Shown here: in pieces, positions 1 through 8,190 of the stretch
How positions within the stretch are numbered: position 1 is the stretch's first letter
Layout of the letters: each line of letters opens with the position of its first letter
Assembly: GCA_037189525.1 (NCBI GenBank)
Contig: JBBCJC010000001.1
Coordinates: 365-64,364 of the forward strand
Reading direction: 5' to 3'
DNA: 64,000 nt
Source of the DNA: Gemmatimonadales bacterium
GTDB lineage: Bacteria; Gemmatimonadota; Gemmatimonadetes; Gemmatimonadales; GWC2-71-9
Notes under the pieces: generated by a model
What the model saw: only the letters and a program-made list of their open reading frames with translations
What the model was told of the DNA's origin: nothing
Database searches by the model: none
Program-made: the position numbers and the translations under genes

Positions 1-75
1 ATAATTCGCGAGGAGGTTGGAATCACGGATTACTCCGAGGATTCCCGCTTTGTCGAGGACATGGGCATCGACTAG
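1..75 (+). CDS. 3' end of a partial ORF, acyl-carrier-protein-like fragment (possibly decayed)
   Basis: Frame 1 reads IIREEVGITDYSEDSRFVEDMGID, then TAG at 73-75. This resembles the segment just before the DSL phosphopantetheine site of ACP/PCP domains, but it stops where the Ser would be. attC-like repeat copy 1 starts 20 nt downstream. Confidence 0.25.
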   Translation: MIREEVGITDYSEDSRFVEDMGID

Positions 76-94
76 CGATTCTCGATCGCGTGTC

Positions 95-234
95 GCCTAA
101 CAAGGTGTTGCAGCGGGCAGGCGCGCGGGGCTCCGGTTTGCCGAGTCGCGGCCGCGCCCCCATGTTAATTGGAGGATGGCGCGGCCGCTCGGCCCCGTGA
201 GCGCGCCTGCCGCTGAACACCAAAGGCGTTGGGC
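95..234 (+). repeat. integron attC-like recombination site, copy 1
   Basis: Starts GCCTAAC (RYYYAAC) and ends GTTGGGC (GTTRRRY). Outer stem CAGCGG(G)CAGGCGCGC pairs with GCGCGCCTGCCGCTG. Inner stem GCGGCCGCGCC pairs with GGCGCGGCCGC (11 bp, perfect) around the loop CCCATGTTAATTGGAGGAT. Confidence 0.7.
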
Positions 235-236
235 CG

Positions 237-666
237 ATGACACTGAAACTATCCCATAGCTGCGCATCGATGATCACGACTATAGTCGTCCTGGCCGCGC
301 TATGTCCGCCCGCGGGCGTTGCACAGACCCCAGCGGATACGGTCGGTCCTCCGCGGCGAGTTGAGGATCTAAGCCGCCCCGGCCCCCCCCCGTCTCCACA
401 TATGGACAACGACGCCCACGGACCAGCCAATTGATCGTGTCCGAGTTGTCCTTCTCGATGGGCCGTTCCGGGTGATTGCCGACTCCGATTCCACGGGAAA
501 CGTTGTGATTGACCCTGTTGCTGCCGGTCGATATGTCCTCCGGGTGCTCGCGATTGGCTATCGCCCGTACACGGATACTATGACCGTGCTCAACGACCGG
601 AAACTCCATATCGTCCTGCCATTAATGTTTCTTCACCTGCCCGGCTTTTGTGCCCGATGTGAGTAA
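237..666 (+). pseudogene. secreted carboxypeptidase-regulatory-like domain protein, apparently frameshifted at a C9 tract (cassette ORF)
   Basis: ORF 237-434 carries a signal-peptide-like segment MITTIVVLAALCPPAGVAQ. The +1 frame, open from 373 to 666, carries VRVVLLDG...ADSDSTGNVVIDPVAAGRYVLRVLAIGYRPYTDTMTV, which resembles the domain in the 8191-8874 protein. The two frames overlap at the run of nine C at 383-391. Removing one C fuses them into a protein of about 142 aa. Confidence 0.5.
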
Positions 667-755
667 CTCGCCACGGTGTAGGGAGTAGCCTGTTCGTATC
701 GGCCGCGCTGGTACGGCCTACTGAGGATCAATGGATGGTGTCGAGCCCCGTCCCG

Positions 756-894
756 GCCTAACAAGGGTTTGCAGCGGGCAGGCGCAGCGGGCTTCCTCTT
801 CCGGAGTCGCGGCCGCGCCCCCATGTTGGTTGAAGGGATGGCGCGGCCGCTCAGCTCCGTGAGCGCCTGCCGCTGAACGCCAGAGTCGTTAGGT
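756..894 (+). repeat. integron attC-like recombination site, copy 2
   Basis: Starts GCCTAAC and ends GTTAGGT. Same nested inverted repeats as copy 1 and the same central CATGTTGGTTGAAGGGATGGCGCGGCCGC. Confidence 0.7.
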
Positions 895-1026
895 GGCCGC
901 GAACATTTCAGCTAAGCGATGATCAACCGTGTCTCGCTCTCGTGCAAAAGACCCACTTACCGCCGCAACCACTACGCTCCTGCTCCCCGCAACCCACCCC
1001 CTAACCTCTGGCCCCTGCGCCCTGCC

Positions 1027-3525
1027 CTACGGCCATGGCAGCGGAATCACCGTAAAGCGCGACCGCTTGGCGGGATCGTCCTGCCCGTCGAAGTGCCGGT
1101 CGATCTCGCGTACGGCGGCACCCCGTAACGCGCGATCGGCGAGGGGGCCGTCGGTCGTCGCCTGCAGGCGACCCCGGAGCGCGTCGAGGTGGAACTCGGC
1201 GACCTGCCGCACGTCCGGGAGCGCACGCTGGTCTCCGGCGCGGTCCAAGAGGGTATTGAGCACGACACGCTGCACCGCGCGGCGCAGGGCCTGCTCGTTC
1301 GGATTGACGGGCGTCGGCGACCCCCACGTGCGATCCACCACCGCGCGCAACACCTCGTCGAGCGTCGGCAGTTGCGGATCCCGGGCGTGGAACAGCACCA
1401 CGCGGGCGAGGCGGTCGCGCTGCAACAGCCCCTCAATCACCTCCGTTGCCAGCCCCCCGGCCAGCGACACCTGGTCGAAGGCCGTGCCCGCCATCCCGAT
1501 CCACGCCAGCGACCCGTCGCCCCCCGGCGGGACCGGCGGGATCATGGCCATCACCCGCTCGGGCACGGCGAGCGCCGCGGGCTCCAGCGCATCGAGCGCC
1601 ATCGTGAGCGCCCGGCGCTGGTCGGCCGCCGGCACCACCTGCGTCGGCACCTGGCCGTCGCCCCGAATGGCATAGCGGAAGTCCATGCCACCGACGTACT
1701 TGATCAGCCCCTCCAGCGAATACCGGTGATGCAGGTACACGTGCGCGAACCGCATGCCGAGGAGGTACATGGGTTCGCCGGGCTTGATCGCGCGGTCGTC
1801 GAACCGATCCATCGCCATCTTGCGCACCGCCGTCGTGCGTTCGACGGCGTCGAACATCGTGCGCCCCTCCACCCAGCGCGTGACTTCCGGAATGGAGCCG
1901 TCGGGCCCGGCGTGCGCGTCGGCCACGAAGCGCAGGCCGCGCCGGAGGCCGTCCTGCACGATCCGCGCGAGCCCCGCCTCCTCCGTGCGCGCGTCGGCAT
2001 ACCACGTATAGCCGTAGCGGATGGCGAGCGAATCCCACCCGCCCGCCATCGGCGCGTAGGCGTTTCGCAGATCCAGATTGCCGCGCGCATCCACCGTGAT
2101 GAGCGGCACCGGGTAGTCCATCACGGACGCCCGGTCCTGCGACGAGGCAATGAAGTTGTGCGAGAGCCCGAGCGTGTGGCCGATCTCGTGGGCCGTGTGC
2201 TGGCGGCGGCGCGCCATCGCAAATGCCTCGGCGCTCACGTTGAGGCCGTTCGGCCCGGCGGCGGGAAGCAGCCCCGCATAGATGTTGTAGTCGATCAACG
2301 AGCGCCAGGAATCCATCCGCACCACCGTCCGGAGAATCTCCCCCGTGCGCGGGTCGGCGAACGACGGACCGACGGACGGGCCCGGACCGTTGCGGTGCAC
2401 CCAGTAAATCATTGAATAACGCGCATCCATCGGGTCGGCGCCGACCGGGAGGTCGCGGACCTGGAACGCGTTCCGGAATCCCGCAGCCTCGAACACCGTG
2501 TTCCACCACATCCCACCCTCGCGGAACGCCGTCTTGTACGGCTCCGGAATGCCGGGATCGAGATAGTACACGATCGGCGTCACCGGCTCCGTGAGCTGGC
2601 CCCGCTGGTAGGCCGCCGGATCGCGCGGCACGAGACGCCAGCGGTTGGCGAACCCGTCGCGGTAGGTGCCGTCGAACCCCTGCGCAAAATCGTTGAATGA
2701 CGTCCCAAAGTACCCGGCGCGCGGATCCGCGCGTCGCGGACGGAACCCTTGTTCGGCGGGGAGTGCCACCAGGGAGTGGTGCACCTCGAACACCGGCGCA
2801 GCCCCGTCGGCGGCAACGCGGCGCAGGGCGAAGCCCGCGTTGTCCACGGCGAACGTCAACACCGCGTGAATCTCCGTGTTCAGCGGAAAGGCCCTGGTGC
2901 GCGCGGTGTCGATCCAGCTCCGTGCCGCGTCCACGCGCGGATTCCCCTGCTGCGACCGCCGGATGGATTCGGCGATCCCATAGGTGTCGGAAAGGAAGAA
3001 GCCCGTCGCATCGACCACGAGCGTGCCGTCCGCCTCGGACTCGATCGGGAACGAGGCGATCACCGACCGGGGGAACGACTCGGCGGCGGCACGCTGCGCG
3101 GCGGCATCGCCTCCCTGGGCGCGCACCCCCCAGTTGTCCCGCACCAGCAGCACGCGACGCCCCTGGCGCTCGAAGCGTACCACGGCGCTCCCTCCGGTCT
3201 GGCCACGGTCGAGACCGAGTTGCCCGTTGCCCGCGCCCGTGGCCAGCACCGACTGATGCAGGAAGTCCCTGCCGAGGCGGTCGGGGGCGATTTCCAACAA
3301 CACCTTGTTGCGGTCCACGTCGACGCGCACCCCCACGAACCTCTCGTCTTGGGTCGTGGACGGGCGGTCCGGCGTGTCCGGACGCGAGATGGCGCGTGCG
3401 TCGGTGCCGGCGAACAGAAGGGCCGCGCCGGCAAGGGCGACGGTCAGCGAGCAATGTGAGAGCATCGGCGATCCCAGGCGAAAGAGGGTTCGAGCGGCGG
3501 TCACGACCACGAACGATGCCGCCAT
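1027..3525 (-). CDS. secreted zinc metalloprotease (HEXXHXXGXXH, metzincin-type signature)
   Basis: A long ORF containing HEIGHTLGLSHNF. The signal-peptide-like N-terminus is MAASFVVVTAARTLFRLGSPMLSHCSLTVALAGAALLFAGTDARA. Start chosen at ATG 3525; ATG 3465 is an alternative. The 998-aa track ORF extends to 4023, but codon-position GC does not support that frame between about 3552 and 3660. Confidence 0.8.
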   Translation of the reverse strand: MAASFVVVTAARTLFRLGSPMLSHCSLTVALAGAALLFAGTDARAISRPDTPDRPSTTQDERFVGVRVDVDRNKVLLEIAPDRLGRDFLHQSVLATGAGNGQLGLDRGQTGGSAVVRFERQGRRVLLVRDNWGVRAQGGDAAAQRAAAESFPRSVIASFPIESEADGTLVVDATGFFLSDTYGIAESIRRSQQGNPRVDAARSWIDTARTRAFPLNTEIHAVLTFAVDNAGFALRRVAADGAAPVFEVHHSLVALPAEQGFRPRRADPRAGYFGTSFNDFAQGFDGTYRDGFANRWRLVPRDPAAYQRGQLTEPVTPIVYYLDPGIPEPYKTAFREGGMWWNTVFEAAGFRNAFQVRDLPVGADPMDARYSMIYWVHRNGPGPSVGPSFADPRTGEILRTVVRMDSWRSLIDYNIYAGLLPAAGPNGLNVSAEAFAMARRRQHTAHEIGHTLGLSHNFIASSQDRASVMDYPVPLITVDARGNLDLRNAYAPMAGGWDSLAIRYGYTWYADARTEEAGLARIVQDGLRRGLRFVADAHAGPDGSIPEVTRWVEGRTMFDAVERTTAVRKMAMDRFDDRAIKPGEPMYLLGMRFAHVYLHHRYSLEGLIKYVGGMDFRYAIRGDGQVPTQVVPAADQRRALTMALDALEPAALAVPERVMAMIPPVPPGGDGSLAWIGMAGTAFDQVSLAGGLATEVIEGLLQRDRLARVVLFHARDPQLPTLDEVLRAVVDRTWGSPTPVNPNEQALRRAVQRVVLNTLLDRAGDQRALPDVRQVAEFHLDALRGRLQATTDGPLADRALRGAAVREIDRHFDGQDDPAKRSRFTVIPLPWP

Positions 3526-3548
3526 CCACGACCGGCGGCATGCCCCCC

Positions 3549-4023
3549 TCAGCCCACGGACATATGCTCCGTGCCGCCGAGGAAGGTCTCCGCCGGGGTC
3601 AGCAACGTGCCGGGCAGCGTGCCAAGCCAGAGCAGCAAGAGCAAGAGCACGAGCATCACGGTCACCGCCCGTTCGCGCAACGCCAGATCCGGCGCCAGCG
3701 ACGGGACGGCCTTCCCGAGGAAGATACGCGACCAACAGCGCGAAGGCCGCGGCGAGGCGCGGGAACGCCTGTACCCGCCCCCCGGGACCGGCGAGAAGGA
3801 CGGGACCGCTGCGCGCCTCGAGCGCGGAGACCATGATTCCCATCCCCCCCATTGCCGCCGCCGTCGTGATCATCACCATCAACGCGGCGGTCGCGTGGCC
3901 CCGCCCCGCCGCGCCGATTGCCGCGAAGATCATCCGCCGTGCATCACGGTGGCGCAGCGATTCGACATCCTGGCCCGCCACAACTGCGTCCGGCCACGAC
4001 GAACGCGCACGCGCTGGCAGCAT
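3549..4023 (-). pseudogene. possible small multi-pass membrane protein, apparently frameshifted
   Basis: The upstream part is in the frame of the 998-aa ORF (MIFAAIGAAG...ALMVMITTAAAMGGMGIMVSAL, AAAFALLVAY). Downstream, another minus frame reads IFLGKAVPSLAPDLALRERAVTVMLVLLLLLLWLGTLPGTLLTPAETFLGGTEHMSVG, with stop TGA at 3551-3549. A hand count of third-position G+C over 3571-3660 is nearly 100% in this second frame and about 47% in the first. Confidence 0.35.
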
Positions 4024-4090
4024 CCGGGCGCATCCTGAGAGCCACTCTCGCTTTCCCCAGGTAGCGCTACGGAGCCACCTGTGATGCGCC

Positions 4091-4227
4091 GGCTAACAAG
4101 GGTTTGCAGCGGGCAGCCGGGCAGACCTCCTCTTCCGAAGTCGCGGCCGCGCTCCCATGTTGGTTAGAGGATGGCGCGGCCGCTCAGTTCCTAGAGCGGC
4201 TGCCGCTGAAACCCAAAGTCGTTAGAA
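4091..4227 (+). repeat. integron attC-like recombination site, copy 3
   Basis: Starts GGCTAAC and ends GTTAGAA (6/7 on both ends). The outer stem CAGCGG(G)CAGCCG pairs with CGGCTGCCGCTG. This is a compensated G:C to C:G change relative to copy 1. Confidence 0.65.
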
Positions 4228-4380
4228 CGCCTCCGAAGCCTCCACCACGTGGCAGAGCACGATCTCCTACTGCCGGATTGCCGGCGCACTGAAACTTCCT
4301 CCATCGCGTAGCCGTATGAAACACCGATCAATTCTTGCGCTCCAGTTGCGACCTGTCCTGATCCGGGGAGTGGGTGTCCG

Positions 4381-5166
4381 ATGTCCCAATACCGTTCGAC
4401 AATCCTCTTCGGGCTCGCCTGCTGTGGGGTGCTATTCTCCGCGAATGTTGACCCTGAATCCGATAAACTAGCTGCGGCCGTCCGGGCGAAGGATGCCCAG
4501 TTCTGGAACGCCTATAATGCGTGTGACTTGACACGAATCCACGAGTTTTTCGCGTCGGATGTCGAGTTCTATCACGACAAGGGCGGTCCTACGATCGGTC
4601 GCGACGCCCTGATCGAGACATTCAAGGTCAACTTGTGTGGCAGCAGGGGCTCACGCCTGCGGCGAGTGGTCGTTCCCGAGACGGAAGCAATCTTCCCGCT
4701 GCGCAAAGGGAACGAGCTCTACGGTGCTATTCTGTCCGGTGAACATCTGTTTTACGTCTCGGAGCCGGGGAAAAAGGAGTATCTGGATGGACGCGCCAAC
4801 TTCACCCATCTGTGGTTGAAGCAGGGCGGCGAACTCAGAATGACACGTATCCTGAGCTTCCACCATCGACCCGCGGTCGAGTCGGTCGGACCGCAAGAGA
4901 TCGTACTGTCGCAACACGAGCTTGAGCAGGTCGCTGGCACGTACCGTTCGCCCCAGTTCGGGCGGGTGACGGTCACTCGAGCAGACGGTCATCTTGTGCT
5001 CCAGACTGAGCGGGGGCAGCTCCTTCTCTATCCGCGGACCCCCCACCTGTTCTTCGTCAAGGAGCGCGATCTCACCTTCGAGTTTCAGACTCAGAGTGGC
5101 AAATCTCTCGCGATGATCGTGCGGGAGCGGGGCACCGTCGTCGATACGGTTCCACGCGAGCAGTAA
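4381..5166 (+). CDS. secreted NTF2-like (SnoaL/DUF4440-like) protein with DUF3471-like C-terminal domain (cassette ORF)
   Basis: 261-aa ORF with GGGGAG 10 nt upstream of the ATG. N-terminal hydrophobic segment ILFGLACCGVLFSA. DAQFWNAYNACDL...FYHDKGG fits NTF2-like folds. The C-terminal VAGTYRSPQFGRVTVTRADGHLVLQ resembles the C-terminal modules of the 35103-37079 protein. Confidence 0.7.
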   Translation: MSQYRSTILFGLACCGVLFSANVDPESDKLAAAVRAKDAQFWNAYNACDLTRIHEFFASDVEFYHDKGGPTIGRDALIETFKVNLCGSRGSRLRRVVVPETEAIFPLRKGNELYGAILSGEHLFYVSEPGKKEYLDGRANFTHLWLKQGGELRMTRILSFHHRPAVESVGPQEIVLSQHELEQVAGTYRSPQFGRVTVTRADGHLVLQTERGQLLLYPRTPHLFFVKERDLTFEFQTQSGKSLAMIVRERGTVVDTVPREQ

Positions 5167-5242
5167 CGTCGACCTAGCTCCGCATCTGCAGCAGCTATGC
5201 GTCTCGACCGGGGAAGTGGTTCGAGTATCACTGAGCCCGGCG

Positions 5243-5379
5243 TTCTAACAAGGTGTTGCAGCGGGCAGGCGCGCGAGGTGCCGATTTGCGGCGTCGCGGC
5301 CGCGCCCCCATGTTGATCGGAGGATGCGCGGCCACTCGGCTCCGTGAGCGCCTGCCGCTGAATACCAGAGTCGATATGC
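5243..5379 (+). repeat. integron attC-like recombination site, copy 4 (degenerate ends)
   Basis: Starts TTCTAAC (6/7) and ends GATATGC (degenerate R'). The internal sequence is near-identical to copy 1. The inner stem carries a 1-nt deletion and one mismatch. Confidence 0.55.
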
Positions 5380-5485
5380 TGCGCCCCAGACTTCATATTA
5401 TGTTGGCTACCCGTTGGGCCTTCTGCTAGGACAGCAGAACTGAAGGTTGGGCTGGATCTTGGAACCATTCTTCAGGAGTATCTCC

Positions 5486-6958
5486 GTGCGATCGTGGCAA
5501 ACCCTTGCATTCCTTATTGCCATCGCGGCATGCGCAAGCGAGAGCGCGGTTGCGCCACCACCGGCTCCTCCACCACCGATATCCCCGCCGCCACCTCCTG
5601 CGAACCCCGCTCCTTCGCTCGTAGACATTAGTCCAACGAGTCGTCTACTTGGAGATACTGCGTTCACCTTGACTGCGACTGGAACGAACTTTGTTCAGGG
5701 TTCTGAGATATACTGGGGAGGCGTTACGACGCCAACCATCTATGTCTCGTCGACAGAACTCAGGGCGCAGATTGCTGCGTCAGCTTTAACGATTGCGGGC
5801 TCAGTGGGTGTGACGGTTGTAAGCCAACCTCCCGGAGGAGGTACGTCCGAACCTCGAGCTTTTACCGTCCTCGCAGCACCGCCAGGGTTGCACATTCTTT
5901 CGGGTACAGAGCAAGCAGTCCAGCCGGGAGTAGAGTACCCAGTTCTCCTCGAGGTCGTCCTCCGAGATGCGGACGGATGGCCTGCCCCTGACGTCGCCGT
6001 ACGATATCAGGGACCTGGAGCGTCGACGTGGTCTAGCTCGGGAGGGTGGCCACCGCGGACTGATTCGTTGGGACGAGTGGCTGTTCGATGGCAGGCTCCC
6101 ACCGATGGAACGAAGGACTTCATCGTAACCGCGATCGTCGAAGGCGCTGAAGGATTTTCTCCGAGCACAGTTCAGTTTTCCCTGTCAGTCCTTCCGGTAA
6201 CGTCACCAACCGGCTTGAGGATCGTTGCCGGCAACAACCAGGCGGTCCTTCCAGGTGAGGTCTATCCGATCTTGCTCCAAACCGAGCTCAGAGATGCGGC
6301 GGGAGTACCAGCGGCCAACATCACTGTTCGGTATCAAGGCTTGGGACTGGGCTCCTGGGAGGGGGAGAGTGGCTGGCCACCACGCACAGACTCGCAGGGC
6401 AGAGTAGCCGTTCGATGGTCTGCTCCCAGCGACGGCACAAGTGATTTTACCGTAACCGCCTTGGTCGAAGGCGCTACGGGATTTTCACCGAGTACAGCTC
6501 AGTTTTCACTTTCGGTTCTCCCGATCACGCCGCAGCCTGGCTTGAGGATCATTGCCGGCAATAATCAGATGGCTCTATCGGGTGAGACCTATCAGACCTT
6601 GCTCGTGACGGAACTCCGGGATGCAGCAGGTGTACCCGCCGCCAACGTCATTGTCCGATATCAAGGTCCAGGAACTGGCGCTTGGGTTGGGGGGAGCGGC
6701 TGGCCGCCGCGCACGGATTCACAGGGAAGAGTGGCCGTTCAATGGTGGGCTCCCACTGATGGAGCAGTAAGCTTTGTCGTTACCGCAACAGTCGAAGGGG
6801 CTGAGGGGTTCTCCCCCAGTTCGGCGGAGTTCCCCTTGCTGGTCGGGGTGCCGGGTTCTTCAAGCACTCCGACGCGAGCCCCAGCTACTGCCGAATCGGA
6901 TGTCAAGACCTCCTCGATAGACAAGAACCGGAGCATGCGCAGCATAACAAGGTATTAG
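5486..6958 (+). CDS. lipoprotein with IPT/TIG-like domain and three tandem 109-aa Ig-like repeats (cassette ORF)
   Basis: GTG at 5486 lies 7 nt after AGGAG (5474-5478). Lipobox-like LIAIAAC. A Pro-rich linker is followed by SPTSRLLGDTAFTLTATGTNF (IPT/TIG-like) and then 3 x 109-aa repeats. The track ORF begins at TTG 5447. Confidence 0.75.
   Translation: MRSWQTLAFLIAIAACASESAVAPPPAPPPPISPPPPPANPAPSLVDISPTSRLLGDTAFTLTATGTNFVQGSEIYWGGVTTPTIYVSSTELRAQIAASALTIAGSVGVTVVSQPPGGGTSEPRAFTVLAAPPGLHILSGTEQAVQPGVEYPVLLEVVLRDADGWPAPDVAVRYQGPGASTWSSSGGWPPRTDSLGRVAVRWQAPTDGTKDFIVTAIVEGAEGFSPSTVQFSLSVLPVTSPTGLRIVAGNNQAVLPGEVYPILLQTELRDAAGVPAANITVRYQGLGLGSWEGESGWPPRTDSQGRVAVRWSAPSDGTSDFTVTALVEGATGFSPSTAQFSLSVLPITPQPGLRIIAGNNQMALSGETYQTLLVTELRDAAGVPAANVIVRYQGPGTGAWVGGSGWPPRTDSQGRVAVQWWAPTDGAVSFVVTATVEGAEGFSPSSAEFPLLVGVPGSSSTPTRAPATAESDVKTSSIDKNRSMRSITRY
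5885..6865 (+). repeat. tandem in-frame coding repeat, 3 x 327 bp
   Basis: Units start at 5885 (GLHILSGTEQ), 6212 (GLRIVAGNNQ) and 6539 (GLRIIAGNNQ). Each contains RYQG.G...GWPPRTDS.GRVAV.W.AP.DG...F.VTA.VEGA.GFSPS. Confidence 0.85.
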
Positions 6959-6973
6959 ACCGCGACAGAGACA

Positions 6974-7717
6974 ATGGACTCGCGAACAGTTAACCGAGAA
7001 CTCCGAGCCGCGATCCGTCCGGTTCTACAGGTCCACGGATTTGTGGCATTCACCGAACGGACTGCGTGGCGATACCGGCCCGGGCGCATTGATGTGGCCA
7101 ACTTCCAGTCGTTCAACGACTATCTAGCCGGCGGGATCGGGTGTACCACGTACTCCTTCGCCCTGAATCTCGGGTCGTACCTTACTTGTGTGCCTGATGA
7201 CGACCAGCCTATCAAACACCGCCGTGGCCAACTCGCACCACAAGAGTTTGAGTGCCATCTGCGTTGCCATCCACACCGCACGATCTCTCAGTCGGAGCTT
7301 GGCCGCACGGATATCTGGTACGTTGACCCCGCTGGCGGCTATCTGTCAGACGTTATTCGCGACGCGCGGAAAGTACTCCTTGAGGTCGGCCTTCCCTGGT
7401 TTGACGAGGTTAGCGATGATGCCGCCCTGCTGGCCGATCTCAAGACACGCGACCGGTCCTCACCGGGGTCGACAGTGTTCCCGGGTGGTATCGGCTCGCC
7501 GGTGCGTGATCGAGTTGTCGGATACCTGAGCTGGGCTCTCGGTGACACGGCGGGGGCACTCGCGCACCTTAACCGGGCACTCATGCGTCGGCGGGCATCG
7601 GCAGCCACACTCGTCAGTCCGCGCTCGAAATGGCGACCGCCGCCGATGGCCAAGCTCGAGTCGGATGTTCAACGGCTACGCGAACTCCACCCGGACGCGG
7701 CCCAAGATCAAGTTTGA
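6974..7717 (+). CDS. hypothetical protein, DUF4304-like N-terminus
   Basis: 247-aa ORF. ELRAAIRPVLQVHGFVAFTERTAWRYRPGRIDVANFQS matches the DUF4304 pattern from memory. It starts 15 nt after the previous ORF, with no attC between them. Confidence 0.6.
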   Translation: MDSRTVNRELRAAIRPVLQVHGFVAFTERTAWRYRPGRIDVANFQSFNDYLAGGIGCTTYSFALNLGSYLTCVPDDDQPIKHRRGQLAPQEFECHLRCHPHRTISQSELGRTDIWYVDPAGGYLSDVIRDARKVLLEVGLPWFDEVSDDAALLADLKTRDRSSPGSTVFPGGIGSPVRDRVVGYLSWALGDTAGALAHLNRALMRRRASAATLVSPRSKWRPPPMAKLESDVQRLRELHPDAAQDQV

Positions 7718-7733
7718 AGTGCAACACTGACGC

Positions 7734-7990
7734 TTACCGCGCATAGCATTCCTCCGGGGTGTGATAGCCGAGCCGCTTGCGCGGCCGGCTGTTGGGCGAT
7801 CCGGTCACAGGCCCGCTGGGTCAGGTGCGCCATGCTCTGGCCCTTCGGGAGGTATTGGCGGAGCAAGCCGTTCGTGATTCTCGTTGGTGAAGCCGCTTTT
7901 CCGCTCCACCAGGGTGACGACACAGGGATCATCCGTGCCGCTTTCCTGCTGGCCGCAGGCCGCGGTACCCTGGTAGCTAGAGGCTGAGTC
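7734..7990 (-). mobile_element. IS30-family transposase remnant (C-terminal part, multiple frameshifts and an internal deletion)
   Basis: The minus strand reads TNEN-(+1 nt)-TNGLLRQYLPKGQSMAHLTQRACDRIAQQ, then in another frame LNSRPRKRLGYHTPEECYAR, with stop at 7736-7734. NENTNGLLRQY.PKG and LN.RPRK.LG..TP are hallmark IS30 DDE C-terminal motifs. An upstream LVERKSGF is fused abnormally close. No inverted repeats were identified. Confidence 0.7.
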
Positions 7991-8039
7991 GTCAGCGCAC
8001 GCATTGCACGGTGCCGATGGTGAGTATTGCGTAACTGCC

Positions 8040-8177
8040 GTCTAACAGGGTGTTGCAGCGGGCAGGCGCGCGGGGCTCTATTTGCGAAGTCGCGGCTGCG
8101 CCTTCATGTTTGGTTGGAGGATGGCGCAGCCGCTTAGCTCCTAGAGCGGCCGCTGCTGAAACTCAGAGTCGTTGGGC
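8040..8177 (+). repeat. integron attC-like recombination site, copy 5
   Basis: Starts GTCTAAC and ends GTTGGGC. The inner stem GCGGCTGCGCC pairs with GGCGCAGCCGC (perfect 11 bp), carrying a compensated C>T / G>A pair relative to copy 1. Confidence 0.7.
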
Positions 8178-8190
8178 GGACCGACATACA

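Noticed and set aside
120-230. Small conserved ORFs run through the repeats. Examples on the minus strand are MGARPRLGKPEPRAPARC... (from track ORF 23-430) and MGARPRLRKRKPAAPARC... (633-824). On the plus strand, ATGGCGCGGCCGC... follows GGAGG.
   Set aside because: The amino-acid conservation simply mirrors nucleotide conservation of a palindromic element. The frames are not maintained between copies and indels shift them. The plus-strand ATG abuts the GGAGG with no spacer.
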